DNA of 64,000 bases from a bacterium. Its GTDB lineage: Bacteria; Hinthialibacterota; Hinthialibacteria; Hinthialibacterales; Hinthialibacteraceae. Shown here piece after piece: positions 47,542-58,055 of this stretch. The DNA lies in the NCBI GenBank assembly GCA_963662285.2, contig CAXXMV010000001.1:256001-320000 (forward strand), read 5' to 3'. A program made the translations under genes and the position numbers. The notes under the pieces are model-generated. The model did no database searches. It saw only the letters and a program-made list of their open reading frames with translations, and was not told the origin of the DNA. Position 1 is the stretch's first letter; each line of letters opens with the position of its first letter.

Positions 47542-48421
47542 ATACGGCGAAACGTTTTTCCTGAGTTACCGGCAGTGGTTTATATGGGACCAGGAGTTGA
47601 ATGGCTGCCTGCGCTTTTGGATCTAATGATATCTTGAAATAACTGACTCCTACTATGCTATTCGAATTTAAGTCCTTATAAGGCTTTAAGATACGACGCA
47701 CCCAGGTTTGCTTATCCCAACCAAGGCTTTTGGAGATATAATATAAAAATTTTTCATTACATACAAAACCCCTGTCTGTAAAACACCAGGTCGAAGCAGG
47801 ATTCCATACAGCTTCGTATCGAATCGCGGTCTCCTCAGGGTGATCTTTAGCGTCGAGCGCGAATCCGTATGATTTATGGATAATATCTGAATCGAAGCGC
47901 CATGACGCCCAAACCGCAGCATCAGTTTTAGCGCTGCTTGGATTAATTGCTGTGATATCAAGTACGCCTACCTTCAATTCGTCAGTGGCTTTATCGATTA
48001 TGGTTTGACTGAATTGAAAATCGTAGCGGCAATTGGTTTCTCTAGTGCTGCACGCTATCGTTCCTTTAGCCGCTGACCGCAACATAAAGGGAGTCAATGA
48101 GCGGGGGGGATCGCCGATAAATATCAGCAGTTCTCCTTCAGCGCCGCGCAAAGCTGTATCCGGGGTAACCACCATACCGGAACTGATCAAACGGGGTTGG
48201 GGGGGGGTAGGAGTGGAGGGCGTCTCTTGGCTATAGGGCCGGGGTACCAATCCAATAATAATACAAATAACAATCCCTGAAATGGAACAGACGAACCATC
48301 TCAGGGATAGAAATTTCTTTGTGAATATCAGGATTGTTTTTTTCATACCGCAACTTTCTAAAATCGCGGATTTTATTATATAGTTAATAGTCGTGGACCA
48401 AAAACTATTATTCTTTTTCAA
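47522..48421 (-). CDS. Hypothetical exported/membrane-anchored protein (true start probably MKKTIL)
   Basis: TM segment followed by a TPSTPTPP linker. Confidence 0.55.
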   Translation of the reverse strand: MKKNNSFWSTTINYIIKSAILESCGMKKTILIFTKKFLSLRWFVCSISGIVICIIIGLVPRPYSQETPSTPTPPQPRLISSGMVVTPDTALRGAEGELLIFIGDPPRSLTPFMLRSAAKGTIACSTRETNCRYDFQFSQTIIDKATDELKVGVLDITAINPSSAKTDAAVWASWRFDSDIIHKSYGFALDAKDHPEETAIRYEAVWNPASTWCFTDRGFVCNEKFLYYISKSLGWDKQTWVRRILKPYKDLNSNSIVGVSYFKISLDPKAQAAIQLLVPYKPLPVTQEKRFAVFIPPAE

Positions 48422-48860
48422 CCCAGACTTTTATTTCACTATCAACCTCGCCCGACAAACGAACCTGAACGGTATACACTCCAAGAGCGCGGATGGGTTC
48501 TTTCAGGATAATTTTACGACGATTGATTTTGATGCCTTTTTCCGATATCGCATTAGCAATGTTCTGCGATGTTACGCTTCCAAACACACGATCTTCTTCA
48601 CCGACTTTAACGGGAATATGAATGGATAATTCAGATAAACGCGTTGCTAAATCCTGATCATCTTTAATGCGCCGTTTACTTAAATCCTGTACTTGCTTTT
48701 GCTTATGTGCTAGCTGGGCGGCATTGACGCTTGATGCGGAATAAGCTATTCCTCTGGGGATCAAGAAGTTACGCGCATATCCCCCTTTAACGTTGACGAC
48801 TTGGCCTTCACTGCCCAGGGTTGGAATGGATTCTGCTAGGATTACTTGCATGGTAGCCAT
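48408..48860 (-). CDS. rplI: 50S ribosomal protein L9
   Basis: MQVIL...LG.EGQVVNVKGGYARNFLIPRG; FGSVTSQNIA; PIRALG. Confidence 0.97.
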   Translation of the reverse strand: MATMQVILAESIPTLGSEGQVVNVKGGYARNFLIPRGIAYSASSVNAAQLAHKQKQVQDLSKRRIKDDQDLATRLSELSIHIPVKVGEEDRVFGSVTSQNIANAISEKGIKINRRKIILKEPIRALGVYTVQVRLSGEVDSEIKVWVEKE

Positions 48861-49145
48861 GATTTTTCTGGCTCTCCTTCGTCTTTACTATTATTCGTAT
48901 CTGCTTTATAAACAGGTCATTCGCTTGATTGTTTTGTCTAAAACAAAGATAAGAGAGTATTATTGTATCATATACCCCATTTTGACAAGGGGCGTACAAT
49001 GGAGGACTGGATATTCGAGTTTGCCAAAAACAGTCTTTCCCCTAGAAATATCATTAGAAAACCAGATATCAACCATGTATTATCTTCTTAAAATTCAAGG
49101 TGTTTAAGCATTATTCTTTTCATTCAAGAGAATTGACCTGTTCCA

Positions 49146-49721
49146 TCATTTTTTAGGTTTCTTTGATTTTAGTTTGGTAAATTTCGATCCTTCCAGGGTA
49201 AGATTATACATCAGCCCTTTTTGTCCAATTACGAATCCGATTATGGGATCTTTGATCTGGGTTGTATCAACGGATTTTCCTTTACCAACATCAATTATGG
49301 CGATTGAACCGTCAACCCCCGCTTTCCAGCCTTTGCTTTTTTGAAATTGTTTGAGCGCTTTTTCTTGCACGAAGATCAAAATAATATCTTTCTTTTGCGC
49401 TCCTAATTGAAAACCGAAAGAAGCGGAACCCATGCTGTAATAATCGACGGTTTTATCTTCTACAATTAACGCGCCTTCACCATATTCGCCGCCTACGATA
49501 AAACCGGCTTTGAAGACATTTGGGATAATCAAAATTCCCTTGGCGATATTCAGAAATTCTTTGGCGCCCTCAACATCTTTCTTGAAACGCTTCATCGTCT
49601 CTTTTACTTTTGCGTCTATTTCCTTAGCCGTCGCGGCGTCAGCAACATTTTGAATACTAAAAACAGTGATTAATGACAATATGATCATAGTTAAAGAGAA
49701 ACGAATAATTCTTTGATTCAT
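49146..49721 (-). CDS. YSC84/SYLF-like lipid-binding exported protein
   Basis: AKGILIIPNVFKAGFIVGGEYGEGAL; SFGFQLGAQ; GLMYNLTLEGSKFTK. Confidence 0.88.
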   Translation of the reverse strand: MNQRIIRFSLTMIILSLITVFSIQNVADAATAKEIDAKVKETMKRFKKDVEGAKEFLNIAKGILIIPNVFKAGFIVGGEYGEGALIVEDKTVDYYSMGSASFGFQLGAQKKDIILIFVQEKALKQFQKSKGWKAGVDGSIAIIDVGKGKSVDTTQIKDPIIGFVIGQKGLMYNLTLEGSKFTKLKSKKPKK

Positions 49722-50005
49722 TTTGGTATCATCCTTTTATCTGGAATTACACATATGGAATTATTATGTAAACTTATTTCATCTGAACTTGTCGAGCTTG
49801 GCATGAAAAAAGATATTGTCAACCATTATTTAAGTATAAGTATCCAGTCACCAATTATCGTCAGGCCTGATGCAGTTAAAACCATTCCACGCTCACCCCC
49901 GAAAGACTTAAGTTCTCAGGTCTTATCAAAATAATCAATATTTATTCTCCTCCAATAGAAAAGGATTCTTGAGATGATAGAACATAACTTGAGTCAAATA
50001 TCATC

Positions 50006-50043
50006 TGTTATAGAAAGCCCATCTTCATTGGCTTTCTATAACA
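50006..50043. repeat. 14-bp perfect inverted repeat in a divergent intergenic region
   Basis: TGTTATAGAAAGCC-N10-GGCTTTCTATAACA. Confidence 0.6.
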
Positions 50044-50154
50044 CGAATCATAACGCAATTATTCAGACCTCTATAATCTCCTGTTATTCCAAGATTTAAC
50101 CCTCAAGTAGACTCTTCTTCATTTTTTTGAGATAATCCCATCATTCGGTTTATT

Positions 50155-52644
50155 TTGTATTTTTATCAAACGGGAGAAATCATGGTCAGGCGCGTCTCTA
50201 TTCAAACAATGCTACTGTTTTGTATCTTCATTGCGTGGTCACTTGTACTAGTTGATCCTTGTATAGCGCAGGAATCGGCTAATCTGGGCATATTCGACGC
50301 CACTGCTGATTGGGGTTCGTTTCCCGGTTATGGTCAGAAATCAGAACACTATAACATTCCCAGCCGGGTAGAGATAAGCGAGGATGATGAAAACCCGGTC
50401 TACGATGTATACGGGAATGGTTATGCCTTAAAAAACGATATAAAAGAGTTTTTGGTATACAAAGAAAAATCCGGTTCTTATAGCATGCAGGGAAGCGTTC
50501 AAATCATCAATAATGATGGATTGAATATTTCCTCTGATGCTGGATTTATGTTTTTTGAAACAAAGGAAGATAAAAAAGAGTGTTTTTATGGAATGGCTAT
50601 CTGTTCATATAAAGATATTCAGAGAACGTATATTGTATCTTTCTGGAAAACCAAAAATGACGTATTCAAGATGAAATACATCTACCAATTTTCCGAACCA
50701 TTCAAAAAAATATATTTACGCATATCCCGGTATGATGATTTCGATAGATGTCATTCGGAGTGGTCTCTCGACGGGATATCATGGAGGCATGTTCATAGTA
50801 AATCAATAAAAATGAGTGACACACTAAATTACAGTATGATAGTAGGAACTAGTACAGATGATAACGTGCTGACTCATGCCCGGTTTACAGATGTTGCCTT
50901 CAACCAAAGCAGCCAGTTCATAAGAAGATATATTGCGCCAAAAGGATCATCATCAGAATGTACGGTGTTTTTGGATGTTATGAATCCAAACGACGAGATT
51001 CAAGAAAGTTTGGTTATTGAGCGACCGCCGGAATATTGTTCCATCGAAAACATCAGCCATAATGGCAGCATTAAGGATGGGACTATCTCCTGGAACATAC
51101 CATTCCCCAAAGGAATCACCACTCTCCGCTACACGGCTCAACCAATCTCCAGCAAGGTCATCCACAACAGAACATTTTCTGGATATATCAATTCAAAACC
51201 TACTATAGGAGATAGAAGCCTGGTTCAATACACAATATTCATGGACACTATTTATTGGATGTTATTTATGGGGGTGCCAGTTGTTCTCTTAATTATCCAC
51301 TTTTTCATCTATCTATTTTATCCAAAATCAACTGAGTATCTTTATTTTTCATTATTTCTTTTAGTTGTTTCTATTGGGCATTATGCAACTTTCTTGCCTT
51401 CATCAGTTAATTTAGGATTTAATAATTCAATCGGGACTCTACAGTGGTCATTCATTGTCCTATTTTTCCACAAAATTGTTTTCAATAGATTAACTTTATA
51501 TTCCTGGATTATCGCAATCCTGGTATTGATTGCTATCCAATTTTACCCTTTATCATCAGATTATCATATCTGGCCACACTTATTTTGGATTGAAGTTCTA
51601 AGAATCATTTTTTTCGCATATCGGAAAAATATTGAGGGTAAAGTGTTTTTCACAATAGGACTATTTGTATGGTTTTGGATAAGTTTCGGAATGTATTTAT
51701 TCAGTTTTGCATCGTTTTATGTACCAAATATTGGAGGATTCGCCAACTTATCTTTCCTCATTTTCATGACGTTATATCTGACATACCGCTTTGCTAAAAC
51801 CCAAAAAAGATACGCAACTTTGAATGTTGAATTAGAAGACAGGGTTGATCGACGCACTAAAGAACTCGAACACGCCAATGAAGAATTAGATACCACCAAT
51901 CAATATCTGAATAATGCCAACTCAGAACTACAAGAAGCCAACGCCCAGTTAATCCAACTAGATCAAATGAAAACCCAATTCGTCTCCCAAGCCTCGCATG
52001 ATCTTCGTACTCCCCTTACCGCTATAAAAGGCAGCCTCGATAACCTGCTGATGGGAATCGCAGGCGCCCTAAACGAAAAACAGCAGAAGGTAATGACTCG
52101 CGCTACTACATCAGTCGACCGCCTTACCAACCTGATAAACGACGTGCTCGACCTTAACCGGATCGAAACAGGCCGCATTGTTCTAGAGAAAAGCGATATC
52201 CCATTTAAGACGCTTGTTGATAACATTGTTAACGAAAACCGCCCCGCTGCTGATCAAAAGCAGATTACGCTTAACGCAAATCTTGGGGATGAGATTACCC
52301 TTCATATTGATGGAAGCAAGATTGAGCGGGTGGTGGGGGAACTGATCAGTAATGCTATCAAATATACTCCGGATAACGGAACTGTAGATGTAAGTTTGAT
52401 GACTGACGAACAAAATGTGTCTCTAACAGTGAAGGATTCAGGCATCGGGATGACGCCTGAAGAATGCGGGAAGATTTGGGAGCGGTTTTACCGTACGGCT
52501 GCTTCCCAAAAATTCGCTAAAGGCTCAGGGCTGGGGCTTTCGATTGCTAAAGAGTTGGTTGAATTACATGGGGGAACTATAGAAATTATTAGCGAACAGA
52601 GCAAAGGAACTACTTTTACATTGCGGTTACCTAGGGATCATTAA
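50155..52644 (+). CDS. Membrane sensor histidine kinase (large extracytoplasmic region, ~7 TM, HisKA, HATPase)
   Basis: ASHDLRTPLTAI; ELISNAIKYT; DSGIG; GSGLGLSI. Confidence 0.93.
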   Translation: MYFYQTGEIMVRRVSIQTMLLFCIFIAWSLVLVDPCIAQESANLGIFDATADWGSFPGYGQKSEHYNIPSRVEISEDDENPVYDVYGNGYALKNDIKEFLVYKEKSGSYSMQGSVQIINNDGLNISSDAGFMFFETKEDKKECFYGMAICSYKDIQRTYIVSFWKTKNDVFKMKYIYQFSEPFKKIYLRISRYDDFDRCHSEWSLDGISWRHVHSKSIKMSDTLNYSMIVGTSTDDNVLTHARFTDVAFNQSSQFIRRYIAPKGSSSECTVFLDVMNPNDEIQESLVIERPPEYCSIENISHNGSIKDGTISWNIPFPKGITTLRYTAQPISSKVIHNRTFSGYINSKPTIGDRSLVQYTIFMDTIYWMLFMGVPVVLLIIHFFIYLFYPKSTEYLYFSLFLLVVSIGHYATFLPSSVNLGFNNSIGTLQWSFIVLFFHKIVFNRLTLYSWIIAILVLIAIQFYPLSSDYHIWPHLFWIEVLRIIFFAYRKNIEGKVFFTIGLFVWFWISFGMYLFSFASFYVPNIGGFANLSFLIFMTLYLTYRFAKTQKRYATLNVELEDRVDRRTKELEHANEELDTTNQYLNNANSELQEANAQLIQLDQMKTQFVSQASHDLRTPLTAIKGSLDNLLMGIAGALNEKQQKVMTRATTSVDRLTNLINDVLDLNRIETGRIVLEKSDIPFKTLVDNIVNENRPAADQKQITLNANLGDEITLHIDGSKIERVVGELISNAIKYTPDNGTVDVSLMTDEQNVSLTVKDSGIGMTPEECGKIWERFYRTAASQKFAKGSGLGLSIAKELVELHGGTIEIISEQSKGTTFTLRLPRDH

Positions 52645-52757
52645 GATTACAATTGAAGTATTGATCCAAAGTCCAATTAATCATGGACTTGGAAACACAA
52701 ATAAAAACATTATTATGCAAACCATGTGAAATAGTGATAATATCCTTAGTCTGAGGA

Positions 52758-53603
52758 ATGATTATGCGTGAATGTGATGATGCATCTAATTACAAGCCGA
52801 TTGTATGCCGGATTAACTCTATTACAGAGTTAACTCCTTATGAAAAATTATTCAGGGTGGAAATACCTGAGGATATGGAATTCACCTACCAGCCCGGACA
52901 ATTCGTTTTGCTTTCGGTTTGGGGATTTGGCGAGGCGCCCATTTCTATTTCAAGTTCTCCTACCCGACCAGGCTATCTTGATTTCGCCATCCGCAAAGCT
53001 GGCAGCCTGACCGGAGCGCTTCATCTATTACAGCCAGGAGACAAAATCGGCCTGCGGGGCCCCCTGGGGACTTGTTTTGATATCGACGAGTTACGTGATA
53101 AGGATTTACTATTAATCGCGGGGGGCTGCGGATTGGCGCCGCTACGCTCACTGATTCATTACTGCCAGGATCGGCGCAGCGAATTCAAACAAATCACTAT
53201 TCTATATGGAGCGAAAACAGCTCAGGATTTACTCTATAAACCAGAATTGGCCGACTGGGAGCAATCTGATGTTTTCGATTGCCATGTTACTATCGATAGC
53301 GCTGATCCAGATAGCAACTATACCGGAAATGTAGGTCTGTTGCCTGACCTGATCCCCCCGCTTGAAATCGAGCCGGACAATACCGCCGCTGTCTTGGTCG
53401 GTCCACCTGTCATGTATCAGTTCGTTATTGAACAATTAAAGAAAAAAGGTCTCAAAGAAAATCAAATCATTGTCTCTCTGGAGCGGCACATGAAATGCGG
53501 GATTGGAAATTGCGGCCATTGCGCCATTGATCATCTTTTATGCTGCACCGACGGTCCGGTTTTTAACCTGAGCGCCTTGTCAGAAGTGAGAGGCGCACTA
53601 TGA
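52758..53603 (+). CDS. FAD/NAD(P)-binding [2Fe-2S] oxidoreductase, AsrB/sulfhydrogenase-gamma-like
   Basis: PGQF; GEAPISISS; RGPLG; IAGGCGLAPLRS; VGPPVM; ERHMKCGIGNCGHC...CTDGPVF. Confidence 0.9.
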   Translation: MIMRECDDASNYKPIVCRINSITELTPYEKLFRVEIPEDMEFTYQPGQFVLLSVWGFGEAPISISSSPTRPGYLDFAIRKAGSLTGALHLLQPGDKIGLRGPLGTCFDIDELRDKDLLLIAGGCGLAPLRSLIHYCQDRRSEFKQITILYGAKTAQDLLYKPELADWEQSDVFDCHVTIDSADPDSNYTGNVGLLPDLIPPLEIEPDNTAAVLVGPPVMYQFVIEQLKKKGLKENQIIVSLERHMKCGIGNCGHCAIDHLLCCTDGPVFNLSALSEVRGAL

Positions 53604-55636
53604 AGAAAACCCTAACAACCTGTGCCTACTGCGCCTGCGGTTGCATGTACTATCTGGTAACTGATGATTCTGATAGATTCATTGGCGTCGAACCATCCGC
53701 AACTCATCCAGTCGCACAGGGGCATCCCTGCGTTAAGGGGTGGAACGTCTTTAACTTCATTAATCATCCCGACCGCTTAACTACTCCAATGATTCGTAAA
53801 AACGGAGAGTTACAACCCGCCTCCTGGGATGAAGCGCTTGATCTGGTAGTGAGCAAATTACATGCGCTGCAATCGAAATATGGCAATGATTCCATCATGT
53901 TTTGTTCTTCGGCGCGGACAACCAATGAAGAGAACTACCTGGTGATGAAACTGGCCCGAGCGGCTTTTCAGACTAATAATGTCGATCATTGCGCACGGGT
54001 ATGTCATTCATCTTCAGTCGTAGGATTGGCTTCCACCTTCGGTTCCGGCGCCATGACCAACTCGATCTCCTGCATTGATAAGGCTAATACGATTTTCGTC
54101 ATCGGTTCAAACACCACCGAGGCTCATCCCCAGATCGGCGCCCGCGTCATCAAGGCGGTTAAAAACGGCGCCAAACTCATCGTGGCCGATAACCGGACTA
54201 TCCGCGTTGCTAAATCGGCTGATATTCACCTACGCCACAAAAATGGAACCGACGTGGCCCTGATTAATGCCATGATGCACGTAATCATCCGTGATGGAAT
54301 GGAAAACCGCGAGTTCATCCAGAGCAGAACCGAGAATTACGGAGAGCTAAAGACAATCGTAGCGCGTTACACGCCTGAATTCGCCGCTGAAATTACCGGC
54401 CTCAAAGCGCAGGAAATTGTCGATGCGGCTCACCTCTACGCCAAGTCGCCCATTGGCATGATTATCTATTCGGTGGGGATCACCCAGCATACCCACGGCG
54501 TCAACAATGTCCGGGCTGTGGCTAACCTGGCCATGCTCACCGGAAATATCGGTCGTCCCGGAACCGGGGTGAATCCCTTACGCGGCCAGAACAACGTCCA
54601 GGGCGCCTGCGATATGGGCGCCATGCCCAATATGTATTCCGGCTATCAGAAGGTCTCGGATGATGAGATACGCCAAAAATATGAAAACGCGTGGTCGACC
54701 ACTCTACCGACCAGCAATGGCCTCTCTCTAACCCACGCTATGAACGCCGCCGAAGAGGGAAAATTAAAAGGCTTCTATATTGTCGGCGAAGATCCCATGA
54801 TCTCCGATCCCGACCAAAACCACGTCCGTAGAGCATTGCAGAATTTAGAATTCCTGGTGGTACAGGATATCTTCCTCACCCAGACCACCCAATACGCCGA
54901 CGTAGTGCTGCCCGCCGCCTGTTTCGCCGAAAAAGAGGGAACCTTCACCTCAACCGAACGCCGCGTTCAGATGGTGCGTCAGGCGGCTCAACCCGCTGGA
55001 GAGAGCCGCGCGGACTGGAACATCCTATGCGACGTCGCATCACGGGCTGGATACCAACACATGAACTACGAGACGCCGCAAGAGATTATGGAAGAAATCA
55101 GCAGCGTCACGCCCATCTACGGCGGTATATCTTATCCACGAATCGCGCAACTTGGTCTGCAATGGCCCTGTCCCGACAAGGATCACCCCGGAACGCCTAT
55201 CCTTCATGCGGAGCAGTTCACCAGAGGCAAGGGATGTTTTCTTCCTGCGGAATATTTCCCTCCTGCAGAAGTTCCCGATGAAGAATATCCCTTTATTCTT
55301 AGCACCGGGCGTTCCTATTATCACTACCATACCCGGTCAATGACCGGACGATCCCGTCTGCTGGATCGGGAACAGCCATCACCTTATGTGGAAATTAATA
55401 CCGAAGACGCCAATCGGCTTGGTATCAAGCATAATGAAATAATCACCGTTGCCAGCCGCCGGGGAGAAGTTAAAGTCGCAGCCCTCGTAACAGAAGATAT
55501 TATTCCTGGAGTACTGTTTATGACGTTCCATTTTGAAGAAAGCCCGGCAAATTTATTGACCAACAACGTACTCGATCCCGAATCGCAAATCCCCGAATAC
55601 AAAGCGTGCGCCGCTCAGATACGGAGGATATCATGA
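53600..55636 (+). CDS. fdhF: Formate dehydrogenase alpha subunit, Mo/W-bis-PGD, Cys-ligated
   Basis: CAYCACGC..CVKG; DHCARVCHSSS (Cys at the Sec position); PLRGQNNVQGACDMG; EKEGTFTSTERRVQ. Confidence 0.93.
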   Translation: MKKTLTTCAYCACGCMYYLVTDDSDRFIGVEPSATHPVAQGHPCVKGWNVFNFINHPDRLTTPMIRKNGELQPASWDEALDLVVSKLHALQSKYGNDSIMFCSSARTTNEENYLVMKLARAAFQTNNVDHCARVCHSSSVVGLASTFGSGAMTNSISCIDKANTIFVIGSNTTEAHPQIGARVIKAVKNGAKLIVADNRTIRVAKSADIHLRHKNGTDVALINAMMHVIIRDGMENREFIQSRTENYGELKTIVARYTPEFAAEITGLKAQEIVDAAHLYAKSPIGMIIYSVGITQHTHGVNNVRAVANLAMLTGNIGRPGTGVNPLRGQNNVQGACDMGAMPNMYSGYQKVSDDEIRQKYENAWSTTLPTSNGLSLTHAMNAAEEGKLKGFYIVGEDPMISDPDQNHVRRALQNLEFLVVQDIFLTQTTQYADVVLPAACFAEKEGTFTSTERRVQMVRQAAQPAGESRADWNILCDVASRAGYQHMNYETPQEIMEEISSVTPIYGGISYPRIAQLGLQWPCPDKDHPGTPILHAEQFTRGKGCFLPAEYFPPAEVPDEEYPFILSTGRSYYHYHTRSMTGRSRLLDREQPSPYVEINTEDANRLGIKHNEIITVASRRGEVKVAALVTEDIIPGVLFMTFHFEESPANLLTNNVLDPESQIPEYKACAAQIRRIS

Positions 55637-56613
55637 AAGTGATTACGCAAAATCAACTACACGATTTTCTACGCTCACTTACAACCAAGTACGATGTATT
55701 CGGTCCGGTAGTGCTGCATGATGGCATGTTGTCACTCGGTCAACTTGAGACTAAACCATTCAAATTATTGAGCGGTAAAATCCCCCTCCGCATCTCATCA
55801 ATCTTTTTTCCGCACGCTTCCACAGTGTTAACTATCAGCGCTGATCGAGTCGATGTTCCCCAAGCAGCCTCCAAACCAATATTGGTAATTGGACTGACAG
55901 CAGGAGATTTAGAGGCTTTGGAGTTCACCGATAATTTCTTTCTAACCGGCTGCCGGGATGATTTGTATCATCAAAACCGCTCAACATCCATCGTAATCGG
56001 CGTCTCAGGGCGCAGCAGCGCCAACGGCGACTTCCACAAAATATCCGGGGGCAAATGCGATATAGAATTGATTAACGATGGAGAGCGTTTCCTTGTCTCG
56101 ACATACTCTGAAAAAGGGAAAACGCTGGTGGATAGAATCAGCGCGGAAGATGAAGATATTTCACTCGAAGCGCTCCAACAGGAATCCAACTCTCTCCCCG
56201 AACCGGATAGGGATATAATTCAAAAAGCCTCTGAATTATTGCTTCAGGATAAAGTCAGCGATGAATTCTGGGTCAACGTCGCCAATCAATGCATTGAGTG
56301 CACTACCTGCAATAATGTATGCCCCACCTGCACTTGCTTTGATATGTACGACGTCAGCAACAAGGATAATGTCATACGCTACCGCCAGTGGGATTCATGT
56401 CAGTTGAGCGGTTTCATGCGTGAAGCCAGCGGCCATAACCCAATGAGAGAGCAAGCCAGCAGGGCGCGGCGCAGGATTCATCATAAACTGGCGGCTGATG
56501 TTCAACGTTGGGGAAAGATTTCCTGTTTTCTGTGCGGACGTTGCGACGATGTATGCCCTACAGGTCTGGGGATGAAAGCAGTGGCGCGGGATATTGTCGA
56601 ACAGTTCGGGTAA
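55633..56613 (+). CDS. 4Fe-4S dicluster protein, AsrA/sulfhydrogenase-beta-like
   Basis: GGAGG + ATG 55633 overlapping the fdhF stop; CIECTTCNNVCPTCTCF; RQWDSC; CFLCGRCDDVCP. Confidence 0.88.
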   Translation: MKVITQNQLHDFLRSLTTKYDVFGPVVLHDGMLSLGQLETKPFKLLSGKIPLRISSIFFPHASTVLTISADRVDVPQAASKPILVIGLTAGDLEALEFTDNFFLTGCRDDLYHQNRSTSIVIGVSGRSSANGDFHKISGGKCDIELINDGERFLVSTYSEKGKTLVDRISAEDEDISLEALQQESNSLPEPDRDIIQKASELLLQDKVSDEFWVNVANQCIECTTCNNVCPTCTCFDMYDVSNKDNVIRYRQWDSCQLSGFMREASGHNPMREQASRARRRIHHKLAADVQRWGKISCFLCGRCDDVCPTGLGMKAVARDIVEQFG

Positions 56614-56625
56614 TGCCAGTCTAAT

Positions 56626-57618
56626 CTAATGCGCGTCCAATCCACGCATCATATAGATGGTATGCTCCAGCGTTTTAAGAATTTCCGTCATATACTCTTC
56701 AACCGCTTTGACGCCGCCCGGCAGAGTATAGATTAACGACTTGCCCATAATCGCCGCCACGGACCGGCTTAACAACGCATTGGGGATGCTTACTCCATAC
56801 TTGGTTCTGATAAACTCCATAATGCCGGGAATAGTCTTATCAGCCAGGCGATTAACGACATCAGGCGTTATATCTCTCGGACTAACCCCCGTACCTCCGG
56901 TAGTGAAGATAACATCAATTCCCTGCTCTTTTAGTACCAGTAATTTCTCTTTCAATTGACTGGCGTCATCTGGAAGAATGCAACTATCATAACTGACATC
57001 CCAGGATGCGTCATCAAAAAAAATATCTAAAAGTTCACGAATCCTGGGGCCGCTTTGGTCTTGATACTCATTGGCGCTGGCCCGGTCGCTGAGCGTAATA
57101 ACGGCAATCCGCATAGGTCGCATTTTCCAAATAATTGGATCGCCTTTTTTAATTACTCCACCTCGAAGAACCTGACCAAAGACGCCTTGCTTGGGCATGA
57201 TGCATTGCCCGACTTTATTAAAAATAGCGCACCCGTCGCCGTGACAGGTTTTACCGATTTGAGTAATTTCTAACTCTACATCATTGATAATTAATTTATC
57301 TAATACAGAAACTTGCTGCAAATCTAAACCGAGCGTAGAAATATTTTCAGCAAAACTCCCGGCGTTAATTTGGCAGCCAGACTCAGTTCGGAAACGGTCA
57401 ATCATCTCCTGCGATAAAAGGCTTATCTGCCGATGCCATTTACCGGAATGCGCATCACCCTGAATGCCTTCTTTATCCACCACCACTTGCTCTACCGGGT
57501 GTTTGGTTTCACCCTTCTTTTCAGATACATTGACAGAAACCACTTGACCGGATTGGGTATGCATTTTTTCCATTTCTATATTTATTAACCTACTCAATAT
57601 CCTGTTTAATTTTCTCAA
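56626..57618 (-). CDS. MOSC-domain / MogA molybdopterin adenylyltransferase fusion (likely start near 57573)
   Basis: GDAHSGKWHRQISLL, FAENI, TQIGKTCH..C (MOSC); TLSDRAS, DQSGP, TTGGTGVSPRDITP, TLPGG (MogA). Confidence 0.9.
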   Translation of the reverse strand: MRKLNRILSRLINIEMEKMHTQSGQVVSVNVSEKKGETKHPVEQVVVDKEGIQGDAHSGKWHRQISLLSQEMIDRFRTESGCQINAGSFAENISTLGLDLQQVSVLDKLIINDVELEITQIGKTCHGDGCAIFNKVGQCIMPKQGVFGQVLRGGVIKKGDPIIWKMRPMRIAVITLSDRASANEYQDQSGPRIRELLDIFFDDASWDVSYDSCILPDDASQLKEKLLVLKEQGIDVIFTTGGTGVSPRDITPDVVNRLADKTIPGIMEFIRTKYGVSIPNALLSRSVAAIMGKSLIYTLPGGVKAVEEYMTEILKTLEHTIYMMRGLDAH

Positions 57619-58054
57619 TCAAAGTTATATCACCGATCATCATTGTTTTATCAACCGCCTTGCACATATCATAAATAGTCAACAAAGCAACGCTGACAGA
57701 GGTTAAGGCTTCCATCTCAACACCGGTTGGTCCAACGCACCGGATTTCACTATCAACTACAACGCCGTCATCCACTAATTCTGAATTGATTTTGACATTG
57801 GACAGAGTAAGCGAGTGACATAATGGAATTAATTCAGAGGTTTTCTTGGCGGCTTGAATTCCGGCAATCTGGGCGACAGTTAGAACATCGCCTTTTTTCA
57901 TTTTATTCTCACGAACCAACGCAACCGTCGATGCAGACAAAAGAATTTTGCCTCTTGCTTTGGCAATCCTTAATTGGGGATTCTTGCGGCTTACATCCAC
58001 CATCACGGCCTTGCCAGTTTCATCCAAATGAGAAAACTTATTGGCGTCATTCAT
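57590..58054 (-). CDS. moaC: Cyclic pyranopterin monophosphate synthase
   Basis: FSHLD..G.A.MVDVS; KKGDVL; LIPLCH; TGVEMEALT; TIYDMCKAVD. Confidence 0.97.
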   Translation of the reverse strand: MNDANKFSHLDETGKAVMVDVSRKNPQLRIAKARGKILLSASTVALVRENKMKKGDVLTVAQIAGIQAAKKTSELIPLCHSLTLSNVKINSELVDDGVVVDSEIRCVGPTGVEMEALTSVSVALLTIYDMCKAVDKTMMIGDITLIEKIKQDIE

Positions 58055-58055
58055 A

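Noticed and set aside
53600-55636. Selenocysteine-containing FDH
   Set aside because: The ligand codon is TGT (CARVCH) and the frame is uninterrupted
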